From positions 37,076,001 through 37,140,000 of the forward strand of contig NC_042999.1 of assembly GCF_006345805.1 (NCBI RefSeq): a DNA stretch of 64,000 bases, written 5' to 3'. The number at the start of each line of letters is the position of its first letter. The stretch's first letter is position 1. Both the position numbers and the translations under genes were made by a program. This stretch comes from Octopus sinensis (taxonomy: Eukaryota). The notes beneath the pieces were generated by a model. It saw only the letters and a program-made list of their open reading frames with translations. It made no database searches and was not told the DNA's origin. Shown one piece after another: positions 1 to 11,395 of the stretch.

Positions 1-804
1 TCACACACACTAACAGAAGCACTTCACTTACACAACATACTGTCTGTGTCTCACACCCCATGAAACACACACACACATGTACATCAATGCTTGCCATGCA
101 CGGTAACTTCAAAAGAACTTCCCTCGTCATAAAATGGCTTTCTCTTAGTCTCTTTCGCTCTCATTACTTCAAAAGTTTCCGCAAGCCCATATGTAAAAAA
201 AAAAAAAATTTTTACGGAAATCGACGGAAAGGTCTACTAGAGACGAAAGATTGCCAGAATTTTTGATAAATTTGTCGAATATGTACGTAAACAAGCTCCA
301 GTATAAAATGGAACAAACTACACAGAAACAAAACTTGATTGTCTACAAAAATTGTAAATATGTTATAAAGCGGTAATTGAGTCGTTTTTAAAATTTTAAT
401 CCTACGGCTTTTGTGCCACTGAATTTCTGTAAATGTGTGATTTATCTTTCAACATGTGAAAGATTTTTTACTCGGCGTAACAATAGTTCAGCTTCTTAAA
501 TTCAGTGAGGTAAACGAAGAAGAAAATTTTCGAATAAAAGATGGAAAAAAAAAATATTCGAATGAGTAAAAATGTTAGAATTTTTGGTAAAGTTGTCGAA
601 TATCTACCTAGGGACCACATAGAAACAACGTGTTGGAATCCCTGAATATCTACAGCAATTCTAAAGTATGGCGTTTAATTGTTTATAAAATGTACTATAA
701 AATCAGTTTACCCGTGTGGCATCACCAAATATCTACAAAAATTCTAAGGTGTGCTGTTTCATGTCTATAAAACAGACCATAAAGCATGAATGAATGAACT
801 GGGT

Positions 805-886
805 TTAATTACACGTGTAAAACGATTTGTAATTTGGGCGAATGAAGCATGTTTTTGTGTGACCCCTTCCGTTTTGTACTGTAAGT
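805..886 (+). promoter_or_regulatory. Candidate BMS1 promoter / non-coding first exon: E-box CACGTG (812-817), pyrimidine-rich CCCCTTCCG (863-871), donor-like GTAAGT (881-886)
   Basis: Coding exon 1 is preceded by an acceptor, so an upstream exon must exist. Region 200-960 is visibly richer in CpG than unique intronic DNA. Assignment is inference. Confidence 0.45.
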
Positions 887-1492
887 TGTTCAACGAACTT
901 GCTAAGCACCGTCAGAATCGAAATATTTGTTGTACGGAATACACGAACACTAACAATGGAAAAGATTACTATCTTTTTCCTTTCCCATGAGGTATGAGGC
1001 TCTTGATCGAAAAGACTTCGCCAAAGGGAAATAAGATGAGATGGTCATAGCTGGAACCTCTTTGATTATATGTCTACTTGATCAGAGCTGATCTAAAGCT
1101 AAATACCAAACACAGTAGCTCTTAACACGATAGACATAATTCTTCTATCTCTGTCTTATTCGCCAAAAGTCACTCTGCAATCAAATGACTGAAACAAATA
1201 AAAGAATATTCTAAAACAACAGACGTTAAATATTGATGATGGTGATGATGATAATTTGTATGGACGCTTATCAGAAGAACCTTTTCTGTTCTAGGAATCT
1301 AGACTTAGTCCATCTTTCGGTTTAATGCTACAGCCTAGTCCTTAAGTGGAATTTGCATTCAGGTCAGTCTCCTGACTGAGCATAACTTTATCTTACCAGT
1401 TTTGTTAGCCACGAAAAGGGCCATGGTTGTTGCTCTTCTTTTTCTGACTAAATAATTGTTTAAAAAGAAAATGTAAAAGAACATGAACATAT

Positions 1493-1854
1493 GTGCAGGA
1501 GTGGCTGTGTGGTAAATAGCTTGTTTACCAACCACATGGTTGTGGGTTCAGTCCCACTGCGTGGCACCATGGGCAAGTGTCTTCTACTATAGCCTCGGGC
1601 CAACCAAAGCCTTGTGAGTGGATCTGGTAGACGGAAACTGAAAGAAGCCTGTCGTATATATGTATATATATATATGTGTGTGTTTGTGTTTGTCCCCCTA
1701 GCATTGCTTGACAACCAATGCTGGTGTGTTTACGTCACCGTTACTTAGTGGTTCGGCAAAACAGACCGATAGAATAAGTGCCGGGGTCGAGTTGCTCGAT
1801 TAAAGGCGGTGCTCCAGCATGGCCACAGTCAAATGACTGAAACAAGTAAAAGAG
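1493..1854 (+). mobile_element. tRNA-derived SINE family S1 (my label)
   Basis: Box A-like TGGCTGTGTGG, box B-like GGTTCAGTCCC, central (TA)/(TG) microsatellite, tail ...GACTGAAACAAGTAAAA; at least 8 near-full copies in the window. Confidence 0.9.
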
Positions 1855-2334
1855 TATATTACTTAGGCTGACATGTTAATATAGACTTTGAAAAATGTTA
1901 AAGTGTAGTGTAGATTTGGAATAAAAGTATTTTTTTTATGCATGTAACATTCAGCAGAAAAACAAAAACTGAAAAATCTCTCAATAAATTTATGTATTAG
2001 CAGTTTTTATTATGCATGCATGTATGGATTGCCTTGTCTTACCTTGGGTCTTCAACAACTCATGGAGTTGTTGAAGCACTGTCATTATTTACAGTGTGTT
2101 TTGGGTACTTTTTAGTTCTGGTGAAGCCCAAGGAACAGACAGACTGACTGAAAGCAAGATAGGGTGAGAAGACTTGGCCTTTATTTATTGACCCCAAAAG
2201 GACGAAACACAAAGTTGATACATCAGTATTTGAACTCAGAGTACAGAGAGCCAGAACAATTCCTGCAAAAGAAGCTATCTGTTGTTATAACGAATCTTCC
2301 AAGCCACCACCTTATGCCTTTAGGTTAAAATAAT

Positions 2335-2542
2335 TTAACCCTTTAGCATTCAGATTACTGTAGTTCTTATTCAAATTGTTTAAAATTAATCATGCATTAT
2401 CTTCTAACTTTGAGATTTTGATGATGTGGTTGTTTATTTTTTAAGAATGACATTGTTGGGCAGATGTGAAAGGCTAGATCTGGTTGGTTTAGACACAAAA
2501 TATTTGGGCTGGATATGGCCAGTCGAAATACTAAAGGATTAA
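2335..2542. mobile_element. piggyBac-type MITE family A (TTAA|CCCTTTAGCATT ... AATGCTAAAGGG|TTAA)
   Basis: TTAA-flanked imperfect TIRs; other copies 5953-6181, 13047-13260, 24130-24718, 33195-33422, 55293-55511. Confidence 0.75.
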
Positions 2543-2803
2543 ATATTTAGATACAAAATTCTCTGGATAAAGCTGTACATTTCTGATGAGGGATAAATAT
2601 CCTGAAACATATGTAAATAGATGTCCAACTATTTTTCTGTTTGCTTAAGTCAACGATAGGATATTTTGACATCATCTCAATTATCAAAGAATTATTTATA
2701 TTACACATGTTTTAGATGTTTTGAATTACACTGCGTTCTATATAAAGATATATTATTCAAATATTGGATATTTTTGTTTTAGGTTTTAAAGTGAAAAGAC
2801 ATC

Positions 2804-2970
2804 ATGGAATTGGATGAGGTGAAGAAGAAGCACCACAAGCGGCAAAGTGGGCTAAAAGCTGAAAAAAAGAAGGCAAAGCTTAAGCTAGAAGATAATCGAA
2901 GTGCGCAACAAAAAAACCCAAAAGCTTTTATTGTACAGTCAGCAAGGAAAGCCCATAAGGCAGTCCAAAG
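2804..2970 (+). CDS. BMS1: BMS1 coding exon 1 (acceptor AG 2781-2782; exon starts 2783, ATG 2804)
   Basis: [16 protein letters not shown]...[18 protein letters not shown](R); donor GTATTG at 2971; phase 2. Confidence 0.93.
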
Positions 2971-5900
2971 GTATTGTTTAATATTTAACCTGATTCGGTT
3001 TTAAATACGTCATTGCTTAACTGGCTTTAATGAAACTTGTGCTATGTATTTGATCATCATCATTTAATGTCTGTTGTCCATGCTGGCATGGGTTGGACAA
3101 TGTGACCAGAGCTGGCGAGCTGCATCAGACTCCAGTCTGATTTAACATGGTTTCTATGGCTGGATGCCCTCTCTAACACTTTACAGAGTGTGCTGGGTGC
3201 TTTTCCATGGCACCACATGAGCACTTTTACAGGATGCTGCACAGGTGCATTAATGTGTTGCTGCATGGGTTCTTTATACCATCATGAGTGCTTTATACCA
3301 CTAGAAGGATCAGCCTTAATGCTTCTGCAGAGTATGGGTCATTTTGGAGTACGAGGCGCCAGGTATATGTATTTACATATATATATATTTCAGACCTTTA
3401 TAAAGAATATAGAGACAGGTACATCAAAGACAGGTGTATATATATATATATATTGGCAAAAGTATGACTGAGAAGTTTGCTTTCCAACCATATGGTCTCA
3501 AGCTTTGTCTCACTGTGTGGATTTGGTAGGCAGACTAAAAGAATTGCCATTGATATTCAAAATATGTAAAAATATTAATCATATTTGGTAATAAAACCAA
3601 TCTGAAACAAGGAGCTTCATCAGAGTGAAGAATAAATAGAGAACCCTTCTCCATTTTCTGTTTTCTTTATATATATATACATATATATATATTTATACCG
3701 AAAATATTAGAAATAGCTATTTCTAATATTTTCGGTATGTGGTTTAAGCAACTTGTTGCAAATAACCCTTTATTATAATTATATATAATTTTTACCGAAT
3801 ATGGTCCTTTCCATACCGAAAGACTACTAGGTGAAATTTATTGATTTTATCAAATTAATTATATTTCAGCCTTTATATGTATATATATATATGTATGTTT
3901 GTGTCTTTACATTTGTATTTGTTTCCTACCACTGCTTGACATCCAGTGTTGGCTTGTTTGTCTCCCTGTAACTTAGTGGTTTGGCAAAAAGAGTCTGATA
4001 GAATAAATAAGTACTGGGGTCAGTTTGTTCAACTTAACCCTTCAAGGCAGTGTTGTAGCATGGCCACAGTCAAATGACTGAAATAAGTAGAAGATAAAAG
4101 AAATAATAAAATTCAATAACTCTCATTCTTTATGATTTTTTTTCCTCTCATTTTCAGAGCAGAAGATATCAAAGCCAAAAGGCACCACATTCCCATTGTT
4201 GACAGAACTCCAATTGATGCTCCACCAATTATTGTAGCCATTGTCGGTCCACCAAAAGTGGGTAAAACAACATTACTTAAATGTATTGCAAAGAAGTATT
4301 GCCATCAAAAGTTGAGTACAATTCATGGACCAATTACTGTCTTGGCAGGTAGGTGGGCAACTTTGTTACCACTCTTGTTTTCATTTCTCATTTGTCTTTG
4401 AGGTCATCTCACAGAGGAGAAGACCTCACAGTGGAGATGACAAGGGACTGAGACTTCTAGCGGTCTGCTGTGCTTGAGAAGATGCATCAAGCTAAGTAAA
4501 ATCATGGCCATCCATACATACTGGCAGGTCCTTATGGCCATACACTCTCTCCCTCTCTCGACTGAAAGGTCCTTGGCTTGTGGGTGCTGGTGTCATGTAA
4601 AAGTGTTCCTGCTAGTGCCACATAAAAAGTACCTGTGTAAGTGTTATGTAAAAGCACCCAGTACCCTCTTTAAAATGGTTGTCATTAGAAAGGGCATCCA
4701 GCCATAGAAACTATGCCAAAACAAACACTCAGAGCCTGGACAGCTCTCTGGCTTGCCAGCTCTGGTCAAACCATTCAACCCATGCCAGCATAGAAAATGG
4801 ATGTTAAAGGATGATATATGTGTGTGTGAGCTGGCAGAGACGTTAGCATGCCGGGAGAAGTGCTTCGCGGTATTTTGCCTGTCGCTACGTTCTGAGTTCA
4901 AATTCCGCCGAGGTCGACTTTGCCTTTCATCCTTTCGGGGTCGATAAATTAAGTACCAGTTACGCACTGGGGTTGATGTAATCGACTTAATCCCTTTGTC
5001 TGTCCTTGTTTGTCCCCTCTATGTTTAGCCCCTTGTGGGTAATATAGAAACAGATATATGTGTGTGTGTGTGCATCTGCCTATGCTTTGACATTATGTGA
5101 TGATTGTAAATGAGAGTGACTGTCATGCAAGTGATGCTGTTCCTTTCCAATCTTCCACGAAGGAAATGTCTGGTTATGGGGAAGTATTACTTTGCTTGGA
5201 AATGGGGGGATGGAAGCACTCCGTCGGTTATGACGACGAGGGTTCCGGTTGATCCGAATCAATGGAACAGCCTGCTCGTGAAATTAACGTGTAAGTGGCT
5301 GAGCACTCCACAGACACGTGTAACCTTAACGTAGTTCTCGGGGATATTCAGCGTGACACAGACAGTGACAAGGCCGGCCCTTTGAAATACAGGTACAACA
5401 GAAACAGGAAGTAAGAGTGAGAGAAAGTTGTAGTGAAAGAGTACAGCAGGGATCACCACCATCCCCTGCCGGAGCTCGTGGAGCTTTAGGTGTTTTCGCT
5501 CAATAAACACTCACACGCCCGTCTGGAATCGAAACCGCGATCCTATGACCGCGAGTCCGCTGCTCTAACCACTGGGCCATTGCGCCTCCACATGCTTGGA
5601 AATAGGTGACGATTGGTGACAGGAAGGGCATCCAGCTGTGGAAACTTCGCCTCAGCAAATTCCTTCTGACCAATGCAAGCATGAAATAAGTGAATGTTAA
5701 ATGATGATGGTGATGGTGGTGAAAAACATTATCTGCATAAAATTAATCCCTTTAACACTCAACTTTCTTTGTGACAGCTTCAGCGACTGAACTGTCTTGG
5801 CTGATAATAATTAAAGTCATAATTTTCTTACTAAGTAAATTTTTGATCCTGACTCTACTTCTGCCATCTGTCATCTTCAAGTGTGATGTATTCAATCTTA

Positions 5901-8900
5901 TCTGTCACAATACTTACTGAATTACAGATCTCTATCAGAGACCTTTACCAGCTTAACCCTTTAGTGTTCGCATTATTCTGCCAAAATTAATGCTTTTTCA
6001 TCCACATTGTTTTGAACTAATCATGCATTATCTTGTAGCTATGAGATTCTGATGAGGTAGCTGTTAATTTTTAAAACGGTATTGTAGGATTGGTGTGAGA
6101 GACCAGATCTGGCCAGTTTGAACATAAAACAGGCAGAATACTTTTGTCCGGAAATGGCCGGTTTAAATGCTATAGGGTTAATTTTGTTTGGCCTCAATTG
6201 TTTTTTTTATTTCTTATTCAGCTGCCTAATCTGTAATTGTTTATAGTTCCCTTCTATGGTAGCAACTCATATGTGACTACATTTAGGACTGTTTTAGTTA
6301 CCATTTACTGAGGAATTTTTTTACGGCCATTGCTTTGTTAATCTCACTTTGTTTTGATCTTTCATATCTTTATATATAAAAGTGAGGTTGTGTGCTGTCT
6401 GTCTCCTACGATTTAGATTCCTAACTACTCGCACATTTTGCGGTGCAGTTTAACCAAAACCGGGTATCTTTTAGTCATGATTCATATTGAGCCCTTCTGG
6501 GTATTAGCGTGAGTCTACAATTTAAAAAAAAATTTATAAAAGTGAGGTTGTGTGCTGTCTGTCTCCTACGATTTAGATTCCTAACTACTCCCACATTTTG
6601 CGGTGCAGTTTAACCAAAACCGGGTATCTTTTAGTCATGATTCATATTGAGCCCTTCTGGGTATTAGCATGAGTCTACGATTTAAAAAAAAATTTATAAA
6701 AGTGAGGTTGTGTGCTGTCTGTCTCCTACGATTTAGATTCCTAACTACTTCCACATTTTGCGGTGCAGTTTAACCAAAACCGGGTATCTTTTAGTCATGA
6801 TTCATATTGAGCCCTTCTGGGTATTAGCGTGCGTCTACGATGAGTCTACGATTTAAAAAAAAATTTATAAAAGTGAGGTTGTGTGCTGTCTGTCTCCTAC
6901 GATTTAGATACCTAACTACTCCCACATTTTGCGGTGCAATTTAACCAAAACCGGGTATCTTTTAGTCATGATTCATATTGAGCCCTTCTGGGTATTAGTG
7001 TGCGTCTACGATGAGTCTACGATTTAAAAAAAAATTTATAAAAGTGAGGTTGTGTGCTGTCTGTCTCCTACGATTTAGATTCCTAACTACTCCCACATTT
7101 TGCGGTGCAGTTTAACCAAAACCGGGTATCTTTTAGTCGTGATTCATATCGAGCCCTTCTGGGTATTAGCGCGCGTCTACGATTTTAAAACAGAATTTAC
7201 CATCAATTTTCCCTATTTTTAATGCATTTTTGGCATATATAAGGGAAGTAACTCTCTAAAAATTTATTATTAAATCTCAACGTAAAAAGCTACAGTAACA
7301 ACCCCCCCCTTTGTGGTTAGCCATATTGAGATGGCTATTATACTTTACATCTCTAAAAATGCTTATATAGTTATTTCCCTTACAAACCCGAGCAACGCCG
7401 GGTGATACTGCTAGTTTGACATAAAGCTATTATTAGAAATCATATGATAACTGTGTCAAGAGGCTCTGTCTATGTCTAAACAATTATTCCCAACTTGAGT
7501 AATATAGCTTACAATAGCTACATATACTAATCTTTCAGTTATGTATTATTTCAGATAACGTTTCTCATTTAGAATTTCCGTGTAATATTCATTTTTCCGT
7601 GTAATATTCATTTTTCATATTTTAACTTGTTAAGACTTGAACTCTGTTTTACATTATTTACTAGGTAAACAACGTAGATTAACACTGATAGAGTGTAACA
7701 GTGATATCAACTGCATGATAGATATTGCAAAAGTTGCAGATTTGGTATGTACATTTTTATCATTTTCTCTCAATTGTAACAATATAACCTAACACAGTGT
7801 TTCCTAACCAGGGTTTCCTGAGAGGTTACTAGGTGTACCAAGAAAAAGTGCAGTAGACTATTTATATGCAAATGCATTTTTTAGTCAAATTTTATATTTG
7901 TAATTTTATTATGTGACCATTGCCAGCGCCGCGCCTCCGTGCCTCCGTGCCGGTGGCACGTAAAAAGCACCATCCGATCGTGGCCGCTGCCAGTCTCGCC
8001 TGGCCCCCGTGCCGGTGGCACATGAAAAGCACCATTCGACCGTGGCCGTTTGCCAGCCCCATCTGGCACCTGTGCCGGTGGCACGTAAAAAGCACCCACT
8101 ACACTCACGGAGTGGTTGGCGTTAGGAAGGGCACATCCAGCCATAGAAACATTGCCAGATCAGACTGGGCCTGGTGCAGCCTTCTGGCTTTCGAGACCCC
8201 AGTGAACCGTCCAACCCATGCTAGCATGGAAAGCGGACGCTAAATGATGATGATGATTATACACACACAGCTGGCAAAACAGTTAGCACACTGGACAAAA
8301 TGTTTTGTGCATTTTTTCAGACTTTACATTCAAATGCTAAGGTTAACTTTCAGTTGAGCATTAGGGTCAATGTACTTTCCCCCTAAATTTTTAATCTTGT
8401 ACCTACAGGCGCAGGAGTGGCTGTGTGGTAAGTAGCTTGCTTACCAACCACATGGTTCCGAGTTCAGTCCCACTGTGGGGCACCTTGGGCAAGTGTCTTC
8501 TACTATATCTTCAGGCCGACCAAAGCCTTGTGAGTGGATTTGGTAGATGGAAACTGAAAGAAGTCCATCGTATATATATATATTTATGTGTTTATATGTT
8601 TGTGTATCTGTGTTTGTCCTTGCAACATCGCTTGACAACCGATGGTGGTGTGTTTACGTCTCCATAACTTAGCGGTTCGGCAAAAGAGATTGATAGAATA
8701 AGTACTAGGCATCCACCGAATAAGTCCTGGGGTCAATTTGCTCAACTAAAGGCGGTGCTCCAGCATGGCCCCAGTCAAATGACTGAAACAAGTAAAAGAA
8801 TAAAAGTAGAAAGAATTGTACACACACAGCATAATTTACTACATAGCCTCTCTGGATTGTGAAGTGACCCAACTGGAAAAATGATAGCAGAATATGAAAT

Positions 8901-10570
8901 TGGAGGAGAATTTAGTCTAAACAAGATGTTGGTTAAGACAACATTTCTCAACACTTCTGTTACCATATTTCTATTGAAATAAGCTATCTTTGTTTCAGTT
9001 AATTCTGAAAATGAAAAATTTACTAAAATAACTTTTTAATTATTAAGCTACTGTTTTGAACATAGATTAACTTGGAATTTTGGTGGAAGGTTTTAATTTA
9101 GAACACTTTAAAAATGCGAGTTTGTATCATTAGAACCAAGGCTGGTCTCAGGTGGGTTGGTATCAACCTTCTTTCTGGCATCTGATTTAGCTCAGTTTTA
9201 CCTAGTAGTTCTCAACTTTTTTCCCTATGGACCCCTTTCATTCCTATTTTATTCTACTGGACCCCCATGTTAAAAAGAATCCTATTATATTTTAATAATT
9301 AAATATTTGGAATTGAATGAAAAATTAAAATATTTTGTGTATTGTAGAAGCGTAGTCAATGTATTGCTTAAAAACTTTAACAACTGCGTGTTGTGTTCTT
9401 GAGCAAGACACTTTATTTCATGTTGCTCCAGTTCACTCAGCTGTAGAAATGAGTTGCGATGTCGCAGGTGCCAGGCTGTATCGGCCTTTGCCTTTCTCTT
9501 GGATAACACTGGTGGCGTGGAGAAGGGAGGCCGGTATGCATGGGCAACTGCTGGTCTTCATAAACAACCTTGCCTGGAAGGGTAACTTTCTAGGTGCAAT
9601 CCCGTGGTCATTCATGACTGAAGGGGGTCTCAGCATCTCAGCAATCCATGTCACCATGGAACATAGATATTAGATGATAAAACCTTTATAAGATAGTTTT
9701 ATAATTTGTTTAATCTCTTATGCATTTCAACCCAATGAAAGAAAAATAAAGATTACTGTAGATCAGCAGTTTTCAACCAGGGTCTACATGGACTCTGGGG
9801 GTTCATATAAGATTTTGGGGGTCCATGGATGCAATGTAATAGATTAGGGTCCAAAGTAATTTTTCAGGGACCATGAAAAAATTGTGCTTCAGCCTAGTAA
9901 TGTTTATTGGTTATATGTCCACAATATACAAAATATTTAATTATAAAAATATAATAGGATTTTTTAAACATCAAATGGCTATGGAGGTCCACTCAAGGAA
10001 AATAAGAATCAAAAGGTTCACGGACAAAACATAGTTGAGAACTCCTGTTCTAGATTTATAATAATATTTATGTAGAGGTTCCTTGAGACCTGGCATGTAT
10101 TTCAAATGTTCCTCCAAACATTAAAAAGTTTGGGAAATACTGGTCTATCCTCACATGTGATTGTTTATTACATGAAGTTCTTTTTGATTTTCTTCAGGTT
10201 TTGCTTTTGGTTGATGCCAGTTTTGGATTTGAGATGGAAATATTCGAATTCCTTAACATATGTCAAGTACACGGATTTCCACGTGTGATGGGAGTTCTTA
10301 CTCATTTGGATACTTTCCGTGATGGGAAACAAATGAAAAAAATTAAAAAGCGACTAAAAACTAGGTTTTGGACAGAAATTTATCAGGTAAATTCTACTAT
10401 GGCTGTGTGGTTAAGAATCTCACTTTGTGACCATGTGATTTCAGGTTCAGTCTCACTGCATGGCACCTTGGGCAAGTGCTTCTATAGACCTAGACTGACC
10501 AATGCCTTTCGAGTGAATTTGGTATATGGAAACTGTGTGGAAGCCTGTTATATATATATATATTATATAT

Positions 10571-10616
<46 letters not shown>

Positions 10617-11356
10617 TGTAGTTGTGTGAGTGTCTGTCCCCTTCGATTTAGATTCCTAACTACTCCTACATTTTGCGGTGCAGTTTAACCAAATTCAGGT
10701 ATCTTATAGTCGTGATTCATATCGAGCCCGTCTGAGTATTGGCGCGCGTCTACGATGAGTCTACGATTTAAAAAATAATTTAACATCATTTTTTATTCCA
10801 TTTTAATGCATAATTTTCCGTGTGTCGATGGCGGCGGAGTTGGCGTCCATGGTCACACCTGCACCTGTTTGCTTCTCCCCCTTCTTCCCTCCCTCGTGAA
10901 GCTGTGGGGAAGGGAGTTTAAGGAAATCAACGTCGTAAAGCGTTGTCAAGGAGACCAGCGTTCTTTTAGAACGACTTCATGGCTTGAAGACACCAAAACA
11001 GAAATGGCTAAGAAAGCCCGAATTGGCATCTATAAAGGAAGTAACTCTCTAAAAATGCTTATATAGTTATTTCCCTTACAAACCCGAGCAATGCCGGGCG
11101 ATACTGCTAGTATATATATAAAATTTAAATAACGAGGGAGATAAATTGAATATTAATTTAATTAATATCAATTTAAAACCAGTAGCCTAGCATATATAAA
11201 AAAATCTGAAAAATCAGAAAAAATTTCAATACATGTGTATATTTAGGGATAAACCACTAGGTGGATAACCAATACGCTAGAAGAAGATCGCATACGATCT
11301 AACCACAAAGAAAAGAATGTTCTCCAGAGAAAATTCAGCAAACACCATGTTCTGGT

Positions 11357-11395
<39 letters not shown>

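Noticed and set aside
1493-1570. tRNA genes
   Set aside because: Box A/B-like heads continue into SINE bodies; no complete cloverleaf or acceptor stem is evident.
7940-8100. CRISPR-like array (25-nt palindromic repeat with 35-38 nt spacers)
   Set aside because: The spacers are homologous to one another, the unit is dispersed as part of a LINE 3' UTR, the DNA is eukaryotic intron, and there are no cas genes.
8240-8260. Box C/D snoRNAs suggested by frequent TGATGA motifs
   Set aside because: TGATGA comes from (GAT)n retroposon tails; I found no convincing C/D pair with a terminal stem in unique intron sequence, although I could not run a covariance search.
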